DNA of 64,000 nucleotides from positions 5,642,001-5,706,000 of the forward strand of contig NC_081331.1 of the NCBI RefSeq assembly GCF_022539665.2. Direction: 5' to 3'. Of this stretch, positions 9,536-29,808 are shown piece by piece. The notes below the pieces were generated by a model that saw nothing but the letters and a program-made list of their open reading frames with translations, searched no databases and had not been told where the DNA came from. Every line of letters begins with the position of its first letter. Within the stretch, counting starts at the first letter, position 1. Origin of the DNA: Daphnia carinata. Its lineage: Eukaryota. A program made the position numbers and the translations under genes.

Positions 9536-10601
9536 CTTAGTTTTTAAATAATTTAATTTTGCTGTCGCTATTAGTATAAAAATCCTAAAATAAATTGTTT
9601 TTGGATTTGATTGGTTTTGAACAAGACAACATAAGTGAGAACAAACGAATATCGTGGTGACAACTGTATTTATTCATATTCATTTTAGATGGGCTACAGA
9701 CATCGTAGAACATGAGGAATGGGGATGGGGAGGTGTAAGAAACAACCAACTAATAGATAAGAGTAAACAGACAACGTATTTTGGAATAATAAAACCACCA
9801 ACGAAGGGTAAACGGTGAAAGAGACGGAAAGAATTTGTCTTGTGTGTAGGTGTATACAAGAAGGACAAACAAGTGGGGGTGAAAGAGGAGATGGCCATAC
9901 GTTCGCAACATCCACAAAAATGAAACTCAGCTCCTTTTTTTTCATCATTTCTGGAAAAAAAAAAAACTTAAGCCAAGCATATCGTCGTCCCACTCCATAA
10001 ATAAACCAAACGAATTTCTCTTCCGATGACAACACACTTTAGCCAAGACAAGTGGAATGAAAATGTACAAGTTACTAGAACTCGATCAAACCTGGTATGT
10101 GAAGAGTACCGAAAGGTAAGAAATCGCTGGTGGTATGAAAGGTGACGCAAGCGGGCAGCGGAGAAAGGTGAAAAATCATCCATAACTGGTGGACATCGCA
10201 CTACTATGGTTTGGTTTATATCTCCGAAGAGACTGATTCAAGGGACTTTAAGCATCAGAATACATTCACAAACACAAAAAAAAAAAAAAAAGAAAAAAAT
10301 CACCAATCAATCAACTGCAAAAAGAAAACATTTAGCCGTAAATATTGGCTCAGTTGGTTTCCGCCGGCATCGACAGACAGCGGAAGCAGTTGGCTACTAC
10401 TACTTCACTTAGCCTCAGGCCGATAAGTTGTTCTAAAATCTAGCGTCGGAATTTTCTTGTCCGCACACTCCACGAATTTCTAACAATCTTGCTGGTAACT
10501 TACTTCTCATTCTAAAAACACTTGGAAAGGAACGCCAAAGAAAAGAACACGAACGCCGCTGACAAAACCAGTGAAGAAAATGACACCAGAATTTAAATTC
10601 T

Positions 10602-17112
<6,511 letters not shown>

Positions 17113-17300
17113 TATGACGGTCTGATGGTACAATCTAAGTAGGAAAACTCTTCTTTATCGGGATTTTTTTTCCAAATAGCCTCCTGAGAAACCGAACGGT
17201 ATACGAAAGAGACCTCACGATTCTGTCACACCAGTCTTACACACAGGCAAGCCCTATCTCACGGCTTGCCAACGCAAGTTGTGTAGCCTCCGCTGTGACG

Positions 17301-17311
17301 GCCGCCATTTT
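17301..17311. promoter_or_regulatory. YY1-like motif upstream of clathrin heavy chain
   Basis: GCCGCCATTTT ~190 bp upstream of the ATG; motif match only. Confidence 0.3.
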
Positions 17312-17833
17312 TTCCAAATTGATTTAGAAATCCTGCATTTTAATGCATTTTAAAGGAAGAAAATATTCTAAATGACCATTCTATTAGTTTAAATATTCCA
17401 AAATTCAAAATTATGGTGAATTTTAAAAGTTTTTGCAGCTTTTGTTTTGGAACTATATTGTGCGTGAATTTGATATTGAAACCGCCCCCTTTAGTGGACT
17501 AACGATGGCGGGATGTAGACCTCTGAGAAAGAACAAAAATTAAAAAAAATATTTTTAACGCCCCCATTTAAATGTCGAATATCCCGGTGATCGTACCTTG
17601 AAAAAGAAATAGGATAGCCAACCGAGTGTACACGGGGTTTGTTATGAACATGATCTATTTCGCCGTTACGCAGCAACGTACAGATTGAGTATTCACCACA
17701 ACTAGGCATGAAGGTAAGAGAAAAAGAAATATGAAAACAAAATAACAATTAACCAAAGGAAGAAATATTGAGGAAACGGTGCATAGTGTGGAGGATGTGA
17801 ATTCTGGTTCATTGTGGTCAGTTTTGTTTTTGG

Positions 17834-20800
17834 TTATCGGTCATCTTCGTCGTCCTCGTCCTTAATGATTCCCAGTCTTTTGGCAACGGACTTGACAGAA
17901 TTGATGACTTCTTCCTGAACCAAATTGAAGGACATGGCCAGCAGAGCGATACCAAAAAGCAGGTAGAGGGAGCAGAGGGCAATGCTAACTTCGACATTCT
18001 CTTTGACGTTCTGGGCCGGCACAAAGTCGCCGAAACCAATTGTGGTAAGTGTTATGAAACAAAAGTAAGCCGAGTCGAGGAAGGACCACTGCTCCCAACC
18101 GCTGAACAGGAAGGCACCGCCGAAAATGTAGCCGACGACGAGCAGAATGCTCAGCCAGATCGGCACCGGTTTGTTGTGGTGTTGATCGTTTTCCTCTTCA
18201 TCCGAGTCGATATAGTCGTCCTCGTAGACGTAGTCGTCATCGTAGTCCACTTCTTCCTGCTCGGTCAGTCGGCTGAGGCGATTGCTGCCGCCGCTACCAC
18301 TGCCAGCACCAGAAGTTCCAGCTATGCTCACACGTCGTGCGTCATTATTGCGTCACGGAGAGAAATCGATAACGGAGATATCCACACGCCCGACAGTTGA
18401 GAAAAAAAAAAAAGGAAACGAGATTATTATTCAAAGTGTCTCTTTCCTGCCAATTAATTAGGACGAGCCTATATCGACCCAATCTCGTCGAAGACATGCA
18501 AATGAGTCCCGATTTAACGGCGGTAACTTACGTGATCGGTTGGAATAACGATGTGGCGTAGGTCTCATCATCTCTTTGCCTTCAACAACGTCCAGATCAG
18601 ATTCCAATTCTAAACGATCGTGCCGTTTATCACTACCGCCACGATTTCGATCGACCCCCTTTCAAATGATGGAAAAAAGACACTTCACGTCATGTTACTA
18701 TGACGGGCTGGTGTGACACCATAACATAAACATACCGATTTATTATTAGAGTCGATGGGATGGTCGGTTTTAGTTCGTGCGTTATTTTCAACCTGGTCAT
18801 CGGCGTATTTATTAAAGAATCCACTTTCCATGGCGTTGGGATCGCCCGTCTTCGGTGCGTTAGGACTGGACGGGGTTGATGGTGGGTAATCAACCCCATT
18901 ACCCCCAGGACTCGTTTCCGTTTCCGCGTTGTTCCCACGACCTGAGCGGCTCGTTCCGGATGGAGCAGCACCCGACGGTCTGTTGTTCCGGCCGTGATGT
19001 TGAGAACGTCGGCCTCTCTGTGGCCCGTTCATCTGTTGCATCATCTCAAATTCCCGATCAGTCTCGTCGTAAAATCTGCGGTTAAACTTTTTGTCCATCA
19101 GTTTGTCATCTCTTAAAGGATGTGTTGTTTTTTATTTTTTTTTGTTTCGTTACTTGGACTCTTGATCCGTTTCGGAAAAGGATGAACGCGAGACGGCGCT
19201 GTCAGACATGGCTGAGTCGGCCGAACGTTGCGAAAAACGCTGCGAACGTCGCAATGAATTCACTTTACCACCAGGCCCTCCAGCTGCTGAGGATTGGTAC
19301 CTTCACGTTGGTGTAACACTCTTTTACTAGAAATTCATTCAAAACAGAAAACGTGAATGATGAATCACCTGGCCGACTGTCTGCCGCTGTTGGAACGTCT
19401 GGTGCGTTGTCGCCTCAATCGTGACTTTTTCGGCTTTCGGGTGCAAACGTAACAGCAAACTTTCCAATAGAGGAACCGGAACGAGTGGGCCATCTGTGTA
19501 ATATGACGTATATCTAACTGACGACTTTCATTTCTTTTTGATTGATTAAAAGATATTGGGCGTTTTCTTTTAAATGCTTTACCGCATCGCCGATGTTTGC
19601 CAAACAGAGCAGCATCAAAGGGATACCGAGAATGGCGTAAAAGATTGTCACCCTATGTAAATAATAATTTCAATTATTTACCATAAAATGAATTTGAAAA
19701 GAACAGATACTCACATTTTACCCCATGGCGTTTTCGGGGCAATGTGTCCATATCCTGCCATCACAAAATACAATGAAGTAATTAGGGGGGATCGTGTTGA
19801 AAAGCTTTAAAATAGAAACCAATTAATAATATGTAAATGAGGAAAATAAGTCAAGGATATCGGCAGAATTTCGTCAAACTGTTTCAGGGTTTTTTTTCAT
19901 TTCCCCATGTTTCGAAACGTGTCACGCCCACGACTTTGATCGGGAAATGATTATTTATGACGCCATCGGTGCTGGTGAGGGAAAGTTGTTTGGTCTTTTG
20001 CGACAGTTTCGCTTTCAAACATTGTTGTGATATACCCCCCCAAAAAAATACGAGACGTTAGGGGATCCCATCAAATCGAGAGAAAATTGGATGTTGGTTT
20101 TATCCGTACAAACCGCAATGCAACACAAAGACCTCTCTGTATTTATTTATTTTTTTTTTTACATTCAGTACAAACATACACGCACCTATCTAGAGTGCTT
20201 CGATTGCAACACTCTTTAGCCTTCCTGGATATATAAACCAACTCTGCGAAAGTGATCCATACAGTCAGTCGTTCTCCGTCGAGGCATTTACACACATTCC
20301 CAACTTAGAGATGGCAACTACGAGGTATATTAACACAATTTTCAATTGCTAGTAAATCATTCTAATTCATTTAACCAATATTTAATTTAAAAAAAAAAAA
20401 AAAAAGACGCGATTCCGTGATGTGGCATTGCCTATTTCTCCTCATCGTTGCAATTGTCTGCCTGGGCCAAATCGATTTCTTCGACAACCGTTATTCTTTC
20501 GTGAGAACAATGATCACGTTTTTCTTTTGAGCCAATCTCGACTACTAATCATTTTTTTTTTTTTTTTAAATATAAAATATAAAACTTTCTCTATTGTTTC
20601 AAACAGCAACGGCCAGTATCAGCTGTGGTAGACATCAGAGGCACTTCCAAATATCCCGGCATTAGCGGCCAAATTCATTTCACGCAAACGACGGCAGGTG
20701 GACCCGTCATCGTTCGCGGGACTGTCTTTGGCCTGACTCCCGGTCTTCACGGCCTTCACATTCACCAGTTTGGCAGCTTGTCTGACGATTGCAACGCGGC

Positions 20801-22298
20801 TGGACCGCATTTTAACCCATTCAACGTATACAACACAAATACCAACGATATTCAAATAACAATTTATTAAAACTACCCCATTCATTTGTTTGATGCCTCG
20901 ATCCCTATACAGAACGATCACGGAGGCGTGAGCGATCAATCCCGTCATGTTGGTGACTTGGGCAACATCGATGCCATAGGCGACTATCACACCCAAGCTG
21001 ATATCTTCCTGTTTGACCATTTGATTTCCTTGTCACAGAAATCCGAACGCAGCATCCTCCATCGGGCCGTCGTCATCCACGAGAGGGCCGACGATTTGGG
21101 ACTTGGCTATCATCCGGACAGCAAGAAAACGGGCAATTCCGGAAGCCGAGTGGCTTGCGGAATCATTGCGTTAACATCGTCACGTTCTCCTTATCACTAT
21201 TGATTTCACTCGTACGAAACAAAAAATGAGTGTAATGGATGACCAATGATGATGGATATGACGTGCTGTTATCTCTCTGTTTAATGTTTCAAAAATGACG
21301 ATCGTTTTCAACATCGCAGGTGTGTACATACGAAAAAGAAATAGAATACCCCTTTTGTGTGCATCATGGCGTTTTGTTTAGTCTATATAACTGTAAACGG
21401 ATATATGAGCCCCCTGTTAAAAAAAAAACGAGATGAGGGGGGGGGACATAATATCTTGTTGTGCAACTTTTGCTAAGATAGTTCACGCATTTTGTTTGTT
21501 GTTGTTTGCGAAGGTAAAAAAAAAAAAACGACGAGTCAGAGGCAAAAACGATGGTGCGCGTCTCTTGTATCTGGGAGAGAGTTTATATACATCGAACCTC
21601 TTGAACACTGTGCAGCCTCGGAGACGAGGCCAGAAATAGCCCAGCCGTTGAAGATATAGGGTGAGAAGAGACTGTTTTTATCTCTTTCCTTACATCTTTT
21701 GTCACTTCACTATCGTCTGATGCGACTTCGAAACAAAAAAAAAAAAAAAAAGAAAAAGAAAAAACACCCTGGGTAGGCAGTGCTTTTACGTCTTATATCC
21801 TGTTTCAACTCTCTTTACTCATTCAAATTGGCAGTTAAAAGTTTAAAGACGATTCATACCGATGGTCGTAATTAGAATGATGGAGTAGAAAAGAGCTCCG
21901 GCCAGGGTCCATTGAACTTTGTCCGTCTCTTCGCTGCCGTCCCATCCCTTCTTCTTCATCGATTCGATCAGATGCGTCTCGAATTTCTTGAGACGGTCCG
22001 TGACGTTGGTGGTCCACTCCTCCTGGACGAGCACGTCCATTTTGTAGGTGAAACGCCACAGGTCGTCGGTGACGCTCTCGCGGACTTTAATCATTTCGCG
22101 CTTGACCTGCAGCTCGTGCTTGGCTTCCAGCGCTTCGAACGTGAAGGCGCCCATGATGCAATAGCCGACGACGAGGGAGACAAGACCGATGTGCGACACT
22201 AGAAAAGTCGCGATGTTGCGTAAATAAAACAGACACTTGCCCTTTGGTTTCTCGCTAACGCCATTGTCTCCAGGCCCACCACCCGATGAAGAAGCCAT
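17834..22298 (-). CDS. Two-pore-domain (K2P/TWIK family) potassium channel
   Basis: Exons 21860-22298, 19715-19754, 19583-19652, 19369-19493, 19154-19300, 18736-19075, 18532-18658 and a last exon ending 17834 (its acceptor is uncertain). Two pore loops ITTIGYG and LTTIGFGD; GIPLMLLCLANIG; an acceptor just upstream of the ATG implies further 5' exon(s). Confidence 0.92.
20230..20270 (+). promoter_or_regulatory. TATA box plus Inr-like site for the nested SOD gene
   Basis: TATATAAA at 20230-20237, ACAGTCAGTC at 20261-20270, ATG at 20311. Confidence 0.55.
20311..21203 (+). CDS. Cu/Zn superoxide dismutase, probably secreted (SOD3-like)
   Basis: Exons 20311-20324, 20407-20500, 20607-20825, 20913-21203. 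Hydrophobic leader MWHCLFLLIVAIVCLG; ligand motifs HGLHIH, GPHFNP, DHG, RHVGDLGNI, VVIHE and GSRVACG are all present. Confidence 0.93.
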
Positions 22299-25200
22299 CG
22301 AGCTCTAAAATAAATGAAACAATCGTGTTTTCGATAACAATCCAAATGTTTGAAGTGAATGTGACTTTTTTTTAAACCGCGTCTTTCTAGCCGTTGATCC
22401 AACGGCAAACTGGATGTTCCAGCAGTCATGTAGTGCCTGTCCAACTGCAGACGGAAATAAATCGGAACGTTTCCGAAAAATGCGCGCGCTCCGTCCCGAC
22501 TATTTTTGAAAATAGAAAAAAAAAATTTCTTTTTTATCGAGTCGTGCATCAGCAAGTAGCGCCTCCTTGTGTCCCTTGCGCGAGTACGTGAATGAGCCAA
22601 AGTATGTTTGCCATTTTTCTTTTTTTTTTTTTTTTTTTTTTTCCAGACGGATGGTAAACAAGAATTTGGACAGCGTGTAAAAAAAAAGGGGGAAGATCTA
22701 ATTTAACGTAGTAGACAGTTGTTTTAGGGTACATATATCTGTCGTCCTATTCTTATGAGCTCATTGGTGCTACGGGAACAGCTGATGTGTCTACTTGCTG
22801 ATGGCAGGCTTTCTCTCTGGTTCAACATCTGCCGCCTGTTGCCCTTTATAGATCTCGCCCCTTTTGTATTTTTTTTTTTCCTTTAATTAATCACGTCCGA
22901 TTAAAAAATCGGTTCCTGACGAAAATTAGTTGTGACCAGAGAAAGAGACAACTGCGAATCGTAACACATCAAGACGAATAGAAAACAAAATGTGGATCGA
23001 AATGACGAGTTTCCCTTGCGCAGGTCGTAAACATTCATCTCGATTATCTTAATCGATCATGACACATGTTAGGGCTAAAGAGGTCCACTTGTTTTTCAAA
23101 AAAATTCCTTCTTGGAACGATCAAACAGACAGAGACACCATCCAAAAATTCATAACTAGAAAACCAGTTCTCTAGTTTTCGCTTGTTTGTTCTTTGATTT
23201 TATTTCCGTGTTCTCTTTCCTTTTAGTCCGCCTCTGCGATGCAATCATAAAAAAGAAAAAGAAGGCGTCTGCATGTGTGCTATGTGTATACATAACGTAT
23301 AAACTCCTCCAAGCTATCGCCACCGCCTCCAGAAGAAGTCTCGGTGAAACTTTTTTTTTTTTTTTTTTCTTCTTCTTCTTCCTCTTCCTTTAAGTCCACA
23401 ATTTATATCTTTTTTTTTTTTTATTTAACTGGCACTTTCTCCAGTCCGGTAAACTTCCAGCCGCCCATCTCACGATATGAGCTACAAAAAAAAAAAAAAA
23501 AAAAAAAAAAAGGGGGAAATTTGAATAAGTAATTTCCTATTGTTTATTCTTACGATGGGGGATATATACAGTATATATATATATATATTGGTTGGCTTGT
23601 ACTAAAACAAATGATTATCGACACAGTTCTGTTGGCAACTTGTATATACATGCGCGGCGGCCTAGTTTGAATATAGTCCGCATCCGGCTCGTAGAAAGAA
23701 AAAAAAACAAAACATGGAACAGCAGGTGACGAGAGACCGCAACAATAAAAGATGGCAAACATAACCGATGAACTTATTTATAGAACAAATGAATCGCTAT
23801 AGAATTTTTGTTTTTTTTTTTCAGGTGGAGAGAAACAAACTAAAGAATAGGATATGACACACGGGCATATCGATTGCGTAACGAGCAATCAAACAAGTTG
23901 TTCGTTCGTAATAAATCTAGCCAAAAAAAAAAAAATAAAAAATAAAATAAAGATGATGTGATCTCTCTGGCTCGGGCAGACGCACGCACTTTCGCCCTGT
24001 CTGTATGGAAATGCATACGTGTTTAGCGATGCGCGTAGACGTCAATGGGCCTGTTTTTTTTTTTTGCTTACCCAAAAGGAGAAAGTCTCTCTCCTTCTCG
24101 CAATGCAATATGTGCAAGTAGCAAAAAAAAAAAAAAAAAAAAAAACCACCGATCCCGGATCTTTTGCTTCTTCTTCTTCTTCTTCTATTACCGAGAGATG
24201 CTGTGCGATATTTTTGTTTTTTTTTTGTCTTTTCTTTTGCCGACCCAACCGCGACGCCTGTTGACCACCACAACCCACCTATGCAAGGCTGCGGCAGCGA
24301 AAAAACGCGAAATGAGGGCGGAGGCGGAAAAGAAAGTCTCCGCACCTGTCGTCTTCAGCCTGTTTTTTTTTTGTTTTTTTTTTATTTTTTATTATTTATT
24401 TCATTCTTCTCTCTCGAAATACGAGATTCTACTTTACCCGTGTCTTCAAAAGAATCCAATTTAGGCTAAACAACAAGCTCGAAAAGCGACATCCACTTCT
24501 TCCTATAAAAGAAGATGATGAAGAAGAAATAATTAGAAGAGACTGCCCACCAAATCATTTATCATTGGCCTTGACAGATTTTTGTTTGTTTTTTTTTTAA
24601 TGTTGAAAAGAAGAAAAAAAAACAGGCCTAGGATTCAGTTGAAAATAAAGTGAAAGGTCGAGAAAGGTGAAGACCCTGACCTTAAACAAGCGAGCGACAG
24701 TTGTGAGTGGAACCCCATATCGACCTGTACGTACCCTCTCACGCACCTGGCATGAAGGGCGAGATAAAGACAGGCCTATGTGTGAGAGGAACGAATACAA
24801 CGTACCGAAAATCTAGGACACGCATTTTTAGGAGGGGGGCAATCACTTCCAGCTTGAGGTTGGCATCAGAGAGAGAGAGCAGTGTCGCTTGTACTCCAGA
24901 CACATCGTCCTTTCTCACATGAAGCTGTTTGCACTTGTAAGCGATACGTTCTAGTCTTTTCGTTCGCTGCGGTCCATCGCATTCGAAAGGAAAAGTGAAA
25001 CTTTTTATACGACCCGCCTATTGGCAGAACAAAACAATTGCCCTCACTTATGTTTATACTGTTATAATCCTCTGCTGACCCTATAACAAATAAAGGAAAC
25101 TCTATTGCTGCACTTTCTTTTGATTGACCGTTGAACAAAAAGACCTTCAACTTTAGGGGGAAAAGACTTTCTTGAATACCAGCGAAAGAAATCGCCCTTT

Positions 25201-28200
25201 GTGTGTGTGTTCCAATCACGCCATTGTTGCCATGTTAAATAGACGGCAAGTTCAAGGGGAAGCCGACGACAATTGAATGAAAGCGAACCAGAAACGAAAT
25301 GTTTCTTCTCATTTTGTTTGATGGCCCGTAGGGGAGGACGCTTGACGGAAATTGTGTAATGCGCGTCTACCTGCCTGCCGGAGTCTGTCCGTCATCAACG
25401 GTGCAACAATGGCATCTTTTTTTTTTTCACGTACCCTCAATTTCTTGTATCTTTAGAGCAAATTGCCGGTAGGTATGCAGGTGAAAATCATTTTTTTTTT
25501 TTGTTTTTTTTTTTTGTTTTAATAAAAGGGAAAACTGTTGGTGAACGAACGTATTCTTTTCATTTTTTATTTATCGTGTGATTTTTTAAATGGAATTGTT
25601 GATGCTCTTCTTATGGCTTTGTGCGGATGCATAACTCGTTACGTGAATCAAAAACGCACGGGGGCATTGTACGAATCGGCGTGTAGAAAGCGCCAATCAT
25701 ATCGACACAACAATCAGACGTTAGTTTATAAAGACACGCAGCATCAGTTCGCCCTGATTCACGAACGCGGGACGACCTGTTGCCCATTCACCCCTTTTCT
25801 ATTTTGGATGGAGGGCAACGCGTATCCCCCCCCCCTACACTATACTCTGAAGATGAAAAAACTTTCAATGTTTTTCATGCAAATTATGCGAAAATGTGAT
25901 ACTCTTCGTTGAATTTGAAGTGTTACACCATCAGCCAATCGTGTGTGAGTTATTGCGTCACGCCATTTGATTAGCGGTGCATATTTCGTTCCCTTTCTCC
26001 TCCTTCCATAACGATATTGGCTCTTCGATCGTATCGTTCTTTTCGGTAGATGAATACAACCCCCGAGAGCATCATCTCAACAAAAAAAAAAAAAAAAACA
26101 AAAAAAAAAAAAAAAAAAAACGTGTTTGTGAAAACAACAAAAATATCATCATCATCCCGCACGCCCCTTTGCGGAGAAATCGATTGTTCTAATTTTCTCT
26201 TTCTGGTGCGATTCTTCCAGATTCATTTTGGCCGTTATTCTGGTTTTTTTTTTTCGTCTAGTTTTGCATATTAATTAGTCAGGAACAATTGGCGGTTAGA
26301 AAAAAAAAAAAAAAAAAAAAAAGAGATAATCCCGTCCGGCAATTCCACATGAATTGATTTGCTCCAACCACAACGAAACTCTTGACGTGAAGTCCACCCC
26401 CGAATGGTTTGAACTATTTTTCGAATTTCATTGTCGAAAAGAGAACCAGGTCTTACGTTAAGTTGAAAAGCTCAATCGAGAGTGTAGAGTGCAAAATGGT
26501 GTGGACGTTGAACTCTAAGGAAGTATGGAATATTATATACAGTATATATATATTTTTTTTTTTTTTTTTTTCAAAAAATAATTCCTGATTGCGTGTTTTG
26601 CCCACCTGTGTGTAGGGTTGTTCTCCGGGGGCGGATTTATCTTTTTTTTTTTTTTTTTTTCATGTCGGACGAGAGAAACGAATTCCAGTTGAAATAGAAA
26701 GCCGTAGGACGAGTAAAAATTTGTTTTTTCTTTAAGGGGGGGGGGGGAACAAATTAAATGGACGTTGTGTGCCTCTTTTTTCTTAGTAAAAAACAAAAAC
26801 AAAAAAAATTCATAACGAAGCTATTAACTATTTTTTTTTTAAGACACAACCAGTTGCCCCCCCCCCCCCCCCCTCACAGCATCAAAAGGGAAAACAGATA
26901 CACTAAGGCTATTTCGACTTAATCAATGGAGGTCAAAACTCTCTACCCAGTCTAGCTAAAGCCATCTTTTTTTTTTTTTTTTTTTCAAGACATTCTTTCG
27001 GAAATTCTTTTCTACATAAAAAGAACAACATTCCCGATTTGTTTTTTTTTTTTTTTGCTAGTTTTTCTTCTTTTTTTTTTTGCAGCAGCAGCAGCAGCCA
27101 GTTGCCGAGGAAGTGTATAGTGAAACAATGGGAGGAGCTTCGTGCGTACTGTACAAAAAGGCAACGGCAGCCACACAAGAAAGAAAAAAGAAATGAAGAA
27201 AAAGGATGACCCACATATCTCTTTCTTTCTCTCTCTCTCTCTCTGTCTCTCTCAGAGTCTCAGCTGTGAAAATTGTGAAAGAAAAGAAATGAGGAACCCT
27301 CCTTCTCCTCCCATCACCAAGAGGTCAGTCTGCTTCTCTTTTCTCCTGCCTCTCTCTCTTTCTCCAGCTACCACACCATCAGCAAAACTCATTCCACTGA
27401 TTTTTTTTTTTTTTTTTTTCTTCTTCTTTCTTATTCTTCTTCTGCTATAACTTGTACGATAGGCTACTCTATTACCATCTTCTTCTTTTCTCTTCGTCCC
27501 GTTTTTTTTTTTCTTGATAAGAAACCCGGAACAGAGAGACACACACACACACACATACAGGTGAGTCCACGCAATAAGGGCTGATGCGCATAGGCATTTT
27601 TCTTCACCACCGTTCGGCTTCATTGCGTACTCCTCCTCCTCTTGCCTCCCCCTCCTCCTTCCACCTACACGCGGACGCAAAAAAAAATAAAATAAAAATT
27701 ACCATATGGCATTTGTGTCTTTACCGTAAGTAATTCAAGGTCGATGGATGTGTGTCACGCCATATATTCCGGAGAAGCAAAAAAAATAATAATAAGAGAG
27801 ATGCCATAGACCTACAACATGAAAAATAAATAGGCTAATTATATAACAACAACAACAACAACAACAGAAGAAAAGAAAAAAACTTAGTGTGCCCCATTTT
27901 GGAACACTATCCCGTATTGTTTCGACGATCATACAAGGATTTATGGTCCTATTCTTTTTCGATCACCTGAGGGCATCCCTCTTTAATTTGATGTTCTTCA
28001 GTACCGAATCCATTTCGTTCATTCAGATAAGAAACAACGTAAATAAAAATATTACAATACGCAGCCAAAAATATCAATAAATAAATAAATAAAAAGGATA
28101 AAACACTAGAAACGGGAAGAACCTCTGGATTCGTTTCGTTTACATACAGGTTCTTGTGAACGTGTAACCTACACACACACATATTGCATCTATAGTAAAA

Positions 28201-29422
28201 AAAAAAAAGAAAAAAAGACAGTGGGTATAGTATAGTATAGTATAGTAGCACTGTAACTATTATGCTCTCTCTCTTTTTACCCCTGCAGGGTCTCTTTTCG
28301 TCTGCAGGCAAAAAAAAAAAGGGAGGTAGGTGGAGACCACAAGGTGGTAAGGAGGAGGGTCCGTTTTTTTTTTTTGTCTTTCTTCTTATTTTTCTTTCAA
28401 GAAAAAAAGCCAGTTGTCTTGTGTGTGCACGACTGCCTATACACGAGCAAAAGGAGAGGATTATATATATATATATTTCATTTATTTTTATTTTTTTTTA
28501 TTATCCTACTCCCAAAGTGTTGGCACTGGTCTTTTTCGGAGCTTGTTTAGACCCTTTTCGTCCTGCCCTCTTCCTCCGCCTTTTCTCCCAGTCCGATCAT
28601 CTCCCGCGCGTACGAGGAGCACGGCGGACGCAGTCGCCGACGACTACTCACACTGGTCGGTTGCGGGTCATGTTCATGTGAGCCCGTGCTTAGTTTTTTT
28701 TTTTTTTGGAATTGTGAGTGTGTGCCCCAGTGTTTGTTCTCTTCGCCAGCCGATCACCAGCGGCTCATTTCTAATTGTACACTCTAATTCATGTGCTCCG
28801 GTTCATTTTTTTTTAAATAACTGTAAATATCATTGACGACGTATAACGAAAAAATATCATCAATCAAAATCCTTTACCTTTTTTGGAAAGAATTCAAAGA
28901 AGAAAAAAAAAAAGAATTCATTAAACGAAACACACAGAGCTGACATTTGAAAAATTTGCCTTTGAGAACTTGTTGATCCTTCCCTGCCCCCCCCCCCCCC
29001 TCTCAAGTGATTATTGGACACGTACAATTGTGCGCAAACAAGAGGTGGTGAGCGTTGCGAAATTTCCGTAATTATCGTTATTCTCCGTGTTTTCAGCAAG
29101 ATTTCACCCGTAATTAAATGCCTCGCGTTATTGTGCAAACCAAAGGAGACCATGACGACCGGAACTAGTTGACAAACAAGAGACCGCATTTCTCTCCTCC
29201 TCCTCCTCCCTTTTTTTTTTTTTTTTTTTTTTTAATTTTTATTATAAAAGATGCGTTCATTCTTCGCATCCTATTAGTCTATCGTAAAATTCCTTTAGAT
29301 TCAATAGTATTTGAATTATTCGAAGAGGTCAAGTGAAAAAAAAACCTCCAGCAAATAGATTCAAATTACGCGCTACCGTCTTGAAAAAAAAAACAAAAAA
29401 AAAAACAAAAGTCATCACCAGT

Positions 29423-29456
<34 letters not shown>

Positions 29457-29777
29457 GCAATCAATCATCATGTGTTCTTCAGCCAGTAGCGTCAACAAGC
29501 CGTCGCCACCTTCACCGCCTTCTTCTTCCTCTTCTTCCGTTTCATCGGTGGCTTCGTCCGTGCGGAGGCTGAGATGCCTCGAGCCGGCCACTCACCTCGT
29601 CAACGGTGCCATGGAAGCGATATTCTTCAGGTAACAAAACAAGACAAAAAAAAAAAAAAAAATTAACTCGGCTATTTGAAACAAGTGCTACATTAGCAAA
29701 TCAACAGCCATCACTTTCACTCGTAACGAATAGGCAATTTGCACGTTTTCTCCATCTGTCCAATCCATCATTTCTCA

Positions 29778-29808
<31 letters not shown>

